Positions 25,380 to 36,717 of a stretch of DNA of 64,000 bases are shown here, in pieces. Source of the stretch: Isurus oxyrinchus. Taxonomy: Eukaryota. Both the position numbers and the translations under genes were made by a program. The DNA is taken from the NCBI GenBank assembly GCA_026770705.1, contig JANJGN010000005.1:47678001-47742000 (forward strand), read 5' to 3'. Numbering within the stretch: position 1 is the stretch's first letter; every line of letters begins with the position of its first letter. The notes under the pieces were generated by a model. It saw only the letters and a list, made by a program, of their open reading frames with translations. It did not search any database and was not told where the DNA came from.

Positions 25380-26010
25380 ACTACATGGTGCAAGGTAGGT
25401 GAACTAACCTCGATGTGAGGAGTGAAGTGCAGGTCGCCAGGTGCACATTGCTTCTATCCCGTTGTGAAGCATGTTGTTTAATTGCACGCTGACGTGTCCG
25501 TATGATCCAGCATGGGGGCGGGGGGGTGGGGGGGAGCGGGGTTGATTCCGATGAGGAGACCTTAAAAAGACATGCAGCAACATTGAAATGATGTTCCCGC
25601 CCGCCATTGATGGCTGAATTGCACAATCGTGACCTGGTTTTACGACGCTGCAAAACTGATTTTTGACCATCTCGCAAAATTTTCCACTCTTGCCCGCTGT
25701 GACGCCTGTCGCACATGGGAGCAGAAAATCCCAGGCAAGTAGTGGGGAACCTCCTTTACAAGAGCCCTGGACGCATTGGAGGCATCCCCTCCCAAAGGTC
25801 ATTCCCTTCTTTAACCCTACCCCTCCGGCCTCTTGAGCCCAGCGCCCTCCCCCCCATATTCCCCAGCTTGCCACACCCTCCTTTTCACCAATCACTGAGA
25901 CTCACATCCTTGGACTTAGTTGGGCTCCTTGACATGGCAGGTTGTCCTGTCATCACAGCAGTGGCCACCACTCTGTCCCTTTACACTGTTATTTTCCGAA
26001 TCTATAATGG
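25380..26010. mobile_element. Harbinger-MITE-like fragments
   Basis: GCAGAAAATCCCAGG terminus; CCCGCCATTGATGG motif shared with the Harbinger end at about 41935. Confidence 0.45.
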
Positions 26011-26014
26011 ATAA

Positions 26015-28110
26015 TTGAAATCCTTCATTATCACTGGTCTAAAGCTCTTTCATCTCTTTGCAATTTGGCCGTAAATTTCCTCCTCCATCTTCTTCCCTCT
26101 ATTTTATGAAATACCCAGCAGCACAATTGTTGTTTAATTCTAACCAAATAGGCTCTGTCTTTGAACTCTCAAGTGCATCAATCCTTTTCAGTGCTGTAAT
26201 AGAATGTTTAATCAAGTTTGCCACCTCCTCCTTGTTTTCCCTTTCCAATCTTTCCTGAATATGCTGTAGCCAGGAATATTAAGTGCCCATCCCTATCCTT
26301 GTTTGAACCAGGTCTCTATTATTGCCACAATATCATAATCTGAAGTGCCTACATGTGCCTGCAGTTTACCAATCTTATCGACTATGTTTTCTGCATCTAC
26401 ACCCTTGCACTCCAAATCCATCTTAGTCTGCCCCTCTCTGATCCCTCCTATTTTTGAGCTACTCTATTCTAATGTTGTTCATCCCTCCCACTCCCCTGTA
26501 CACCTGACATCTCCTCTCTAATCCTTCATCCTGGTGTTCCACCCCATACCATCCATCCCCCCCCCCGCCCCCTCCCCACACAGCACTAGTTAACATTGGT
26601 TCCAGGCCTGTTGAGAGGCCCTGCGCATCTTGTATAGGTATCTGCTCTCCCAGGATTGGTCACATTGCTTCAGCAATCTGAAGCCTTAACTCCTGCACCA
26701 TTTCTGCAGCCAGGCATCAACATGCCTTATCTTCCAGTTTTTAACACACTGGCATGTGGTACCGGGACTAATCCAGAGATTACTTCTTTGATAGCCTACT
26801 GTTTAACTTGCTCCATCCTGAAACTTTGCCTGTCAGACATCAACCCTTTTCCTGGCTATGCTGTTACTTCCGACATGGCATATAGCTTCTGACTGCTCCC
26901 CTTCCCTTACAAAATATTTTGTATCAATTTAGTGATTTCTATTACCCTGGCACCAGGGAAAGAACACAGCACGTGAGACTCACACTTTCAGTCGCAGAAA
27001 AGCCTGCCTATCCGAATGACAACTTAATTTCTACATGTCACCATTCCCTCCTTGGCAGTCCTTTGCCTCACAGTGCAGTGAAGGTGTTCTGGATTGCACA
27101 TCCCCGAGGTTTCATTGCCCTCTTCAGTTTTCAGCACTGAAAACCAGTTTGAGAGTGCCACCCTCCTGAACTCCTGAACTCTCTGGCTGTGGCGAGACTC
27201 AGCCATGCAATCCAGCAAATTGTCAGCTTCCTGATTTCCCACCTCCAGCAGCTAGTTTGAGCAGCTGGAGGCATTTCCTCCATACATAATTATCCAGGAC
27301 ACATGAGGAGTCCTGGGGCTGAATTTTGCAGGGGGTGGGGGGAGGGGAAACAGCTCAGTACCCCACAAGGAAAGGCAGCATTCAGCCAACGCACCTGGAA
27401 GGAGCCATAATGTGCTGCTGGCGGGCTGAACAAGCTAACAGCCAAACTTCCATCTGTCAGTGGACAGGAAGTCCCACCCTTGAGAGCTGCAGGGCAATCA
27501 GATTGGCAGTAGCTCTGTAGTGGGTCTGCTGGGACCGTAAGGAGGAAGGAAGGAAGGAAAGCGATGGCTGCCAGAGACAGGTAAACCCCAGGCTTTTAAG
27601 GTGGGGATGGATCCAAGAGGCCAGCGAGGGGGAAGGGGTGTAGAGGGGCTGGGTTTTGGAAGACACTTGGCAAGGAATGAAGGGATAAGCTGACACCTTG
27701 GAGAGGTGTCCCCGATGTGCACAGGGCACCCCCTAAATGACATGCTGCAACCATCCCCTCCACCACTTCTTCCCACCTTTTTTCAACTTGGCCTCAAAAA
27801 ACAGACTGCCTGCTCCTGCCCACCTGCCACGCCAACCGTGTTGTGGTGTGGGCAGTGTAATAACTCGGTCAACTGGCTTGGTAACAAACTCAATTGACCT
27901 TTACTTATTTACTTAAATATTGTGGGCAGGCGCCAAAATCACCTACTGTAATATGGGAGACAGCTCAGGGAGGGGCGAGAAGTTGGTGGGTTTAACACCC
28001 CTCATATTTTAGGTTTCGCCCCCACCCCCATCGAAAACACACCTAGTGGGTGCCTGTAAAGTCCAGCCCTGGAGTTCCCACAGCACACAGGAATTGTCAA
28101 TAGTGGGTGT
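26015..28110 (-). mobile_element. Old CR1 5' part (ORF1 and APE start), split by a MITE
   Basis: DYDIVAIIETWFKQG (about 26300-26345); ORF1-like sequence GAGTCCTGGAGTTCCCACA is restored on removing the MITE. Confidence 0.7.
27316..28068. mobile_element. Harbinger-type MITE
   Basis: Ends GGGCTGAATTTT / AAAGTCCAGCC with a 3 bp duplication CTG. Confidence 0.7.
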
Positions 28111-28249
28111 CAGCTGTATGTTAATTGAACTGAACCACTTTCTATTCATAAATGCTGAAGAATTGATGAGAGAAGCTAGTATGGCTCCATGAGCCTCATG
28201 AATAAAGTCCTGCCCTCCTAAGAGACCAGTGACTTGAGATATACAGCTG

Positions 28250-28560
28250 TGTACCCAGGCTTGATCTAGAGGATGTCTCTTGAGGCAGTCAGGAAGGAAC
28301 CAGATGCAGAGAATCTCAAGGCAATGGCGGCTGACACCACCACAGGCAGAGACATTCTAGTTGTGGATGAATTTTGTAACAGTCAGTTTAGGAGAGAGTC
28401 AAATGCCGAGACTGTTACCCCGGTGAAGCACGAGGTAAACACACATCTCTTCAGGCGTGCTCAAGTAACTGTCATGTGGTCTGTCTCTCTGGTCTGCTTG
28501 GGTAAGAGTGGGTTGAACCTGCCATCTGATTCTCGTCTTCTTAATCTTTGAGGGCTTAAT
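28250..28560 (-). mobile_element. Old Harbinger nuclease fragment
   Basis: Minus-strand YLSTPEEMC and SLPVVVSAAIALRFSASGSFLTASRDI. Confidence 0.6.
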
Positions 28561-29583
28561 CTTTGGTTACTCGGATTACTTGTGGAAATCATTGCATTAA
28601 ACAAAGAAAGTCATCTGAATGGCTGGGTGAAAAACAGAGAGAATCAAGAAAATCAATTAAATTCTTATTAACAAATGCAAAAACAATGCACTTAATTATT
28701 TTTGAAAAATGCAAACATAAATGGCATTAAAATGTACTTTTCCCTCCACATTCATATGACATTAACAATGTCAGTTGTAAAAGCCACAAAGTTACTTTCA
28801 ACATTCAACACATTTATACTGATTGTGAACGATGATCTTGCATTTCAGGGGTGAAGCACCTGTTGATACATAATAATAAATTGGGATACTTTTTGACTTT
28901 TTACAATTGTATAAAAAAAGGGGGAATAGCAAATCATTAGCCAATTTTACAACTCTCCACAATTTTTATTTTTGTTGACTCGGAGAGTAAGGGAGCAGAC
29001 AGAATGACACTGCAAACGGCGGACATGCCGGGTCGGAGTAAGAGGCTTTTCACCTGATCTTGGCAAAAACTATACCAACCTACCCACAACCTACCCACAT
29101 TCCTCAGTTGTGAATTCCACCCTCCAATCTGCCCTGTCTTACTCCTGTTTTCCCAGTACTGTGTTGCGAAACCAGCGCTAATTCTTTTACACTTAAATAT
29201 TTATATTGTACAAATAGAGTGTAAATACATTTTAAAAAACTAAAATTGCTCAGGATAAATTTTTCTCTTTTTCAAGTTACTAGTTTATAGTGTTGAGTTA
29301 ATGTACATGACACAGCGGAATCATCAGGGGGAGCCTCTTTCACAGCCAAAGAGTAGGCCATCAATATAAGCAGGAGTGGCATAATGGGATGGATAGAAGA
29401 TGATAGAGAAATGAGGTGGTAAGATGATGATGGAGAGAAGAGGTAGCGGGGAAGATGTTTCGGTGGAAAGTGAAATACAGGGTATGGGCTATCAGTGGCT
29501 GAAGTTAATAAAGAAAGAATCTAATGCTCATTGTGATTCAAAATGTTGTTCATTTTGATCACAGTACGTCTTCTCTGACTCAC

Positions 29584-29640
29584 TGAGAGCAAACGCCACA
29601 GGAGACTAAGTAGTGCTTTGTTAATTAGAAAACTTTTGAC
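29584..29640 (-). CDS. Putative exon (VKSFLINKALLSLLWRLLS)
   Basis: Acceptor ATATTTCCTCCAG, donor TCA|GTGAGT, 57 nt, phase 0-0. Confidence 0.33.
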
Positions 29641-29749
29641 CTGGAGGAAATATCATCTTCTAGTTTTTAGAAGGACTGCTCCAAAGCCAACCAGTTGTAT
29701 CACACGGCCGAATGTTTGCTGCTGAATGTTCTTTTATTTAAAAGGCTTC

Positions 29750-29920
29750 AGTCTAAAGTTAATGACGATGATGTCCATAAAATAGAATAAGAATAGCTAG
29801 TAATTAGAAAGTAAAATGGTATCTTAGCATTTATTGCAAGGAAGTAAGAATAAGAATGTCTTGCTGCAATTGTATAGGGCTTTGGTGAGAGCAAACCAAG
29901 AGAACTGTGCATAGGTGCAT
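29750..29920 (+). mobile_element. CR1 fragment
   Basis: GGTATCTTAGCATTTATTGCAAGG...TTGTATAGGGCTTTGGTGAG. Confidence 0.6.
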
Positions 29921-30320
29921 CCATAGGTGATGCAGGCATCATTACTGACCGCATCATTTGAGGGGTTGCTCTCTGAATTATTCAATTTGTTAATGGTCCA
30001 AGCATGGCTCTCTAGTACAGAGGTCAAGTTCTGAATTATCTATGTCAGGTCTTGGTCCTTATTGAATTGCCTGTCCGTGGTTCCTTGTCCCTTCTCCAGA
30101 ATTTTCTTAATTTGAGAACTTAACCTTTTGGTCCACTATTGCCAAATCAATCAAATTTACTATTGAGGTCCCTGTGTTAATTGCTGTGACGACATCATTA
30201 ACCAGATTATGTTTCAGTTGACCTTCTCCCTGAACAGGGGGTGCAGCCATGGGCTGCACTCCACCGTTAAACCAAGTTGCCTGTGTTGTCACTTGTTTTA
30301 CTAGGGCTGCATACTATGCT

Positions 30321-30566
30321 AAACAAAAACAGAATTACCTGGAAAAACTCAGCAGGTCTGGCAGCATCGGCGGAGGAGAAAAGCGTTGACGTTTCGAGTC
30401 CTCATGACCCTTCAACAGAACAGAATTCTGTTCTGTTGAAGGGTCATGAGGACTCGAAACGTCAACTCTTTTCTTCTCCGCCGACGCTGCCAGACCTGCT
30501 GAGTTTTTCCAGGTAATTCTGTTTTTGTTTCGGATTTCCAGCATCTGAAGTTTTTTGTTTTTGTCT
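30321..30566. mobile_element. Palindromic Penelope pLTR insertion
   Basis: Arms 30321-30425 and 30426-30530 with 3 mismatches and no spacer; perfect 14 bp TSD CTGCATACTATGCT (30307-30320 and 30567-30580). Confidence 0.92.
30430..30468 (+). ncRNA. Minimal hammerhead ribozyme motif (CUGUUGA variant); mirror copy on the minus strand at about 30383-30421
   Basis: GUU CUGUUGA A GGGUC-AUGAG-GACUC GAAAC GUC AACUC. Confidence 0.7.
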
Positions 30567-30686
30567 CTGCATACTATGCTCATGTCTGAGCACCACTCAG
30601 GCAAGCCAACGTCAGAGATGTTTAGGACGATGGGTACCAGCTCATGGTGTACATTATCATTGAGAGTTTTGTCTGCTTTTATCAAC

Positions 30687-31445
30687 TGTTATGGCACAGC
30701 CAATGGTAAATGCTGAGCTACTCAAATCCCAAAGGGAAACTTGAAACAACTGCCACAACTTGTTTTGCAATTCGTATAAATTTCTAGGTGCATGCCTTAA
30801 ACTCAGTAGTAATAAAACCACCATGTCTTAAAAACTAAATTAAGCCTTTATTAATAGAGGAAATGATTTTAAGTACATACATGGTTCTACAAATTACTAC
30901 TATGATAGTGTCTAAATCACCTAATTAATCTAACTCCCAGTTACACTTTCGTTAAGGCAACAATAAGACACATAGATTTAAAAGACCCAGGCAAAGAAAC
31001 ATGATCCCCTGAAAAATCCAATCCAAAGTGAGCTTCCTTAACTTCAGTTCTCTGCAGACTGCAGCTTGAGGCTTAGATGCTAAAGGCGTTTCACACTTGT
31101 TAGATCTTAGAATTCCTGCCTTTACATGTAGCCTTCTCTCTTTTATACATATTTTCCCCTTTGAAAGCAAATTCACATTTTTTCACTATGTCTTTGGACT
31201 TTACCCCTCTGATCATAAAAATTTATCATAGCACCAATTTTACCAGTAATCTTTGGAAAAAAATAAACACACTGTCTTGGTGTAATATTTCACTCCCTCT
31301 CTTTGAATCCAGGTACTGATTTATTTAAAATGTAAATGTTACCTTTATCTCTTTCATTCTACAACTTCCTCCATGTTTACCTACTTAACATTTCAAACCT
31401 AGCTCATCTTCTAATACATCAAAGTTCCCTTTACTCCAATTCCAA
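30687..31445 (-). mobile_element. Probable LTR fragment interrupting the env-like relic
   Basis: Abrupt TGTTA terminus at 30687, AATAAA on the minus strand at about 30847-30852, AT-rich; the other end is obscured by insertions. Confidence 0.4.
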
Positions 31446-32035
31446 GGGCAGAATTCTTATCTCAATGCCATTTTGAGTGGGCGGGCCAATTAAAACCCAC
31501 CCAGTGGCCTGCCCCACAGGAAGCTTCCTGCGTGGGGAGGGTGGAGGGATTCCCCATCTGTCAAAGTGTGCTCCTTCGCACACACACATGAAAGAGCGCA
31601 CTACTCCCTGAAGTAAAGTCCTGTCTCAGGGAGATTCGTGAGATGTAAGTAAACTCTAAAAATTGATAAATATTAAAATTATTAACATGTCCCCCTCATG
31701 TGACAATGTCACACGAGATGGGACATATTAATAATAAACACATAAAATTTATTAAAGTTTTAAAAAACTGACATGAAACTTCATCCTGCTAGTGGATGAA
31801 GTTTCATTAATAATCTGCTGCCCACTGGGGCTCCTGGCCTGCCCACCAGCCTTAAGTTTGGCCGGGCAGGGTGTTTAATAATGTTAATTAGCCTGTCAAT
31901 GGCCTTGATTGGCCATTGTCAGGTCGGCGGGCGGACAGCTGATTTCGCTGTCCGCCCGCCTTTGTGAATATATAAATGGACTGGGATGACGACGGGGTTT
32001 CCTCCCGACATCATCCCCCATCATTTTCCCCTCGG
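31446..32035 (+). mobile_element. Harbinger-type MITE family A, truncated
   Basis: GGGCAGAATT start; same internal palindromes as 33704-34410. Confidence 0.8.
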
Positions 32036-32427
32036 TGATTTTATTGAAATGTACAAGATTCTGAGGGGGCTTGACAGGGTAGATGTTGAGAAGATATTTC
32101 CACTAGTGGGGGAATCTTGAACTAGAGGACATTGTTAAAGAATAAGGGGGCACTCATTTAAAACTGAGATGCAAAGGAATTTCTTCTCTCAGAGGGTAGT
32201 TTGGAATTCTCTACCCTAGGGAGTTGTGGAGGTTAGATCATTGAAAGTACTTAAAGAGGAAGTAGATAGAATTTTGAAATGTTGAGGAGTTGAGGGCTAT
32301 AAGGAGCTGGCACAAAAGAGGAGTTGAGGCCTGGGGCAGATCAGCCATGATCTCATTGAATGGCAGGGCAGGCTTGAGGGGCCAAATGGCCTACTCCTGC
32401 TCCTAGTTCTCATGTTCTTATGTTCTT
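32036..32427 (+). mobile_element. CR1 3' end
   Basis: GGTGATTTTATTGAAATGTACAAGATT...tail TTCTCATGTTCTTATGTTCTT. Confidence 0.85.
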
Positions 32428-32819
32428 AACACTAGTCCATTTTCTGGTCTAGGGTTCAATACTGGGCAAGGGGGATCAGTTAATTGTTGTCGTGACATTT
32501 TGCCTCCACTTGTTAAGTCAATTAATGCTGTTGTTGTAGCATCTTTCCTGTGGATTCAAGTACAAACCCTCCCAGTCATTACTAGTTGGTCGTGATTAGT
32601 TATGTGAAATAAGATCAGTTAGTAACATGCTTCAAAGGGGTATGGTGTTATCTGGCCTACTCCTACTTCATAAAGGCTCCTCTCCTTAAGTTTTTGCATC
32701 CCTGGACTGGGATACAGGTCTCCATCATGAGTTCCTGTTTGGTTTTCCACTATGTCATTCATCAAGGGTTTATTGCAAATAAATTAAAATTAGGATTGGT
32801 TCCACAAGACTGATATTAG

Positions 32820-33700
32820 GTCTGATTTCTGTTCTTGAGTTAGGTAACAGGAGTCGGGAAATTTTCTGCTCGCTGCACCCACCTCAGGATAATCTCCTCC
32901 AAATGGCAGGATCTTTGCTCCAGGGGGGCATGTGCAGGATGGAGATATCCCCAGATGCAGATCAAAGGTGGCCACAGAAGCTTCCAAATGCTGAGACAGG
33001 CTGTTTAAAAGGCCTGCCTCAGTTCACTGGGACTTCAACCCAGTTGTTTCATTAAATTTTGGTCTTTAACCCTCAACCCTCACACACCATCATCCCCAAT
33101 CCACTCCCCATGATCCCTACCAACTTAATGCCAATCAATGCCTCCCATCAACCCCATCTCCCTTATAGCCCCATGCCAAATTAATACTGATTCATGCCTA
33201 CCCACGACCCCCAACCCAACATCCTTTGCCCTTACATCCTCCATGCAAACTCACCTAGTATCCACCAGGTGTCATGTTGACATGAAATAAAATAAAGGTC
33301 TAAAGTATCTATTATTACAGACTTTACAATAGTAAAAAAATGCTCCCTCATTTACAAGAGTCCATTCAAACATTTATACCACATCAAGAACTTAATCCCT
33401 TATAAAAATAAATTTGTATTCATAGCCCCAGATCAAAGATAGCAAATGCTTTCATAACATCTTTAACCTGCCAATCAAACTGTGAACTTAGGATCCCCCT
33501 ACTGAGATAATCATAGGTTGTGGAAAGCAGTCAAACATTAATGATGGCATAATGATAGCCTTTGGAGAAATGATAACAAATAGCTATTGTAACAGCTAGA
33601 CCAGATTTTGTTCAACTCTCATTGACACAGGCAGCCTATTTTCTTAATTTTAAAGAGCCGGGGGTTGAAATCCACCCATAAAGAATATGCACAACTACTC
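32820..33700. mobile_element. MITE family B copy
   Basis: GGAGTCGGGAAATTTTC...GGCTGTTTAAAAGGCC shared with 10461-11248. Confidence 0.55.
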
Positions 33701-33703
33701 TTA

Positions 33704-34410
33704 GGACAGGATTCTCCCCCCCGTCGGAGGCAAAGTTGAAGGGCCAGTGCGCACAGGCATGCTTCTGATCGGCGCCCCCAATTGGGGGCGGGGTGCCATT
33801 TTACGTGGGTGGGCCAATTAAGGCCCGCTCAGCGTGACGTCAGCTTGGAAAGGCTATGCGCTCCCTGTGCAGCCAGAGGGGAATCCCAAAATCGAGAGTG
33901 CTCTTTCGCGCATGCGCACAGAGAGCATTCTCATCTCGCTGAGGCTAAGTGCAGCCTCAGGGAGATCGGCTCTAAATATAAAAAAGCTAAAAATAGAAAA
34001 ATAAAATTTTCCTAACGTGTCCCCTCATGTGACATTGTCACATGAGTTGGGACATGTCCATAATTTTTATAAAAACTTTATTAAAATTTTTAAAAACTAC
34101 ATGAAACCTCATCCTGCCCGTGGATGAGGTTTCATGTTTTTTCTAATTTGCGCCGGGGCTCCTGGCCTGCCCACCAACCTTAAGGTTGGACGGGCAAGTC
34201 CTTTAATTACTTAATTGACCCTGTCAATGGTCTTAACTGGCCATTGACAGGTCAGCGGGCGCACAGCTGATTTCGCTGGGCCCCCGCCTACCTGAAAATT
34301 TAAATGGGGCGCGGTGACATTGGGAGTTCTATCTGATGTCACCTTGCGTCATTTTACGTGTCGGCGAGCAGGCCCCGCCCCCCCGCTCACCAACACATAA
34401 AATCCTGCCC
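33704..34410 (+). mobile_element. Harbinger-type MITE family A, complete (about 707 bp)
   Basis: TIRs GGACAGGATT / AATCCTGCCC; flanks TTA and TAA. Confidence 0.85.
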
Positions 34411-35972
34411 TAAAAGTTCATAACTCCTACTTTGTAGGTTAAGGCCCTTGCTGCAGTGAAAATAGGGTCTGTTTGAGCTCAGCACTGAGTTCAAACAGTC
34501 CTGCTGTGTTTAGATTTCCCTCATGTATGAGTCACACCCCGCCACTTTCCCCCTACTGTGAAAATAAGGGCCACTGAGTGTACTCAGGCAGAAACTGCTT
34601 CTCCAATGGCAGAACTATAGACACTGTTTCTCTACTAACTGCAAAATATCAACATTGCATTTTCATCATGTTATATTTTGAGACCTTTTCTATTGTGCGC
34701 CATCGTAGCCAATTCTTTTTTCTTTTCTATCCTACACTTATGAAGGCACTGATGTATAGGTTTCCACGGATGACTACATCCTGAGAATGAATAGCTGTGA
34801 GGGATAGATGAACAGTTAGCAGAGGGTTGATATATTGGGATGGACAAGAAAGAAACAGGTTGGAGGTTAGTGTTAGGAGAAGGATTGCACTCCAGTTGAC
34901 CAACTTTTACTGATATTACAATGGTCATCCTTCTCTGAGCTTCCCTCTTTGGCTACACCAATGATTAAATGCCCCTCGCTGAAAGCCTTTCCTCATGCCC
35001 ACAACATTCTGTACTGAAAGCAAGACTCTTATCGTACTTTAATATTTCCCAGGATCTTCTGCGGTTTCCCCTTCTCCTAAAAACTACAGGTTTCAAAAAC
35101 ATAAATTTGGCATCACCTAATAACTACTTCATATTTCACTGCTCTGCTGTGAGAATCAAGACAGAGGTGTTGAAAGCCACATTAACAGTCTGGCTACTCG
35201 TCCTTTCAGAAGAGCATCAGCAATATTCATAGAATATAATCAAGCCCTAGAAAGCATTGATTTGCTGAATAATGAAGAGCTGAGGAGCCACCTCAAGATA
35301 AGTCAAAACTTTTGCAAACTGCAACCATCTATTTCTCAATCATTCATGGGATGGAACATCACTGGCTAAGCCAGCATTTATTGCCCACCACTAATTGCCC
35401 TTGAGAACCTGGTGAACCACCTTCTTGAACTACTATGATCAGTTTTGTGAAACTTACTGATTTGCTAGGCTGTCTCAGAGGACAGTTACAGAACCGTTGT
35501 TCACCAACATCCTTTCCCAGTGGAATAATATCTAATCACACCGTATCTTTAGAACAGTGAAAACTAAAAGATCAATATTTAATAGTGCTTTCCAAGCTGT
35601 TATATGAAATAAGTGGACACCACTACTGCTTTTTAACCTGAGTGGTGACCTGTTCTGAGGCCTTTAGTTTTCCAATAATAACATGAAAAATAAAATCTAC
35701 CCAAGTTTAACTTGCCTCCAACGGACTCAAACATCTATTGACTCACTCTTGAACGGTTTCTGAAGCAGCTACAACTTCAGCTTGGTTTCAGCTTGGAATC
35801 TGTTTCATTAAACACTCTTCAATTTTTGCACAACCTATTACCATTTGTTGATTTCATCTGCATGTCCTTGGCCTTGCAGTCAACCATAACCAAATGTTTA
35901 TGCCAAGTGCTGTAACAAAATGGGTTTGCACTTTAAGCCAAGATGGTCCTGCAGCTAATGCCTTTTAAAAAC

Positions 35973-36091
35973 CTGGACATGTGCCAGACAATAGAGAAAG
36001 TCTTTCCATAGCTCCCAGTTGTAAACTCTCTTGCCAGAAGTGTCAATCTGTAAGTCTACTTCACTGAACTTCCAGCTGACAGCTGAGTTTA
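35973..36091 (-). CDS. Putative exon (VNSAVSWKFSEVDLQIDTSGKRVYNWELWKDFLYCLAHVQ)
   Basis: Acceptor ATTGTCACAG, 119 nt open frame, phase 1-0; the donor CAG|GTTTTT is weak. Confidence 0.22.
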
Positions 36092-36652
36092 CTGTGACAA
36101 TGATCATGATTTAATAAGATAATTTGCACACCCCCCAACCTCATGGATTTTCTACCCACCACCTCAGTGAAATCACATAACTTCAGTACAGATTCACTGT
36201 TGTTGGTGTCCCTTTGGTAACTCACCCTAGAGGCAATTCTTCATGTGTGAGCAAAGACATTGGAAAGTAGCAAAGGCTCATTGTTGTACCCATTTTCATG
36301 GAAATTGAGAAATGAGGGAAAGGCCAATTTTGCGGGTGCAGGATCATGTCCCATGTCCTAAAAAGTGCCTGTAAAATAATATCATGGTGCCCTCAAGACA
36401 AGTTTCGCGTACCTGGGGCAGCCGCCATAAACAGATTTCTGGTCCACTGCATGTGCTAATGAGAGGGGCCTGGCCAGTGGCAAATTTAAATTAGTGAGTC
36501 CCTGTGCTCAGCTTCTTTTTTGCCCCTGCTCCCCGCACCCCCATCTCAGGGCCTGAAAGGCAGAGCCAGGAAAATACACAAATTGATCAGTGCTTCTTCA
36601 CTTGTAAAAACATGCCTGTATGAATAATTACTTTGTTGAAATACAAGCTTAC

Positions 36653-36717
36653 CTCTGGTCTGAATGACAGTCAAGATGGTAAATATTGTGATGCGAGGTG
36701 AGCAAACACAGAACTTG
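36653..36717 (-). CDS. Putative exon, frame uncertain
   Basis: Acceptor CTTTTCTTGTCAG, donor GAG|GTAAGC, 65 nt; two frames are open. Confidence 0.3.

Larger units (their letters stand above)
29925..30686 (-). pseudogene. Fossil env-like (class I viral fusion glycoprotein) ORF; upstream part continues at about 32430-32790
   Basis: After removing the Penelope insert: LIKADKTLNDNVHHELVPIVLNISDVGLPEWCS...YAALVKQV...GQLKH-NLVNDVVTAINTGTSIVNLIDLAIVDQKV...LSSQIKKILE...IIQNLTSVLESHAWTINKL...ACITYG. Confidence 0.6.

Noticed and set aside
28273-28551. Plus-strand 92 aa ORF
   Set aside because: It is the antisense of a Harbinger nuclease fragment.
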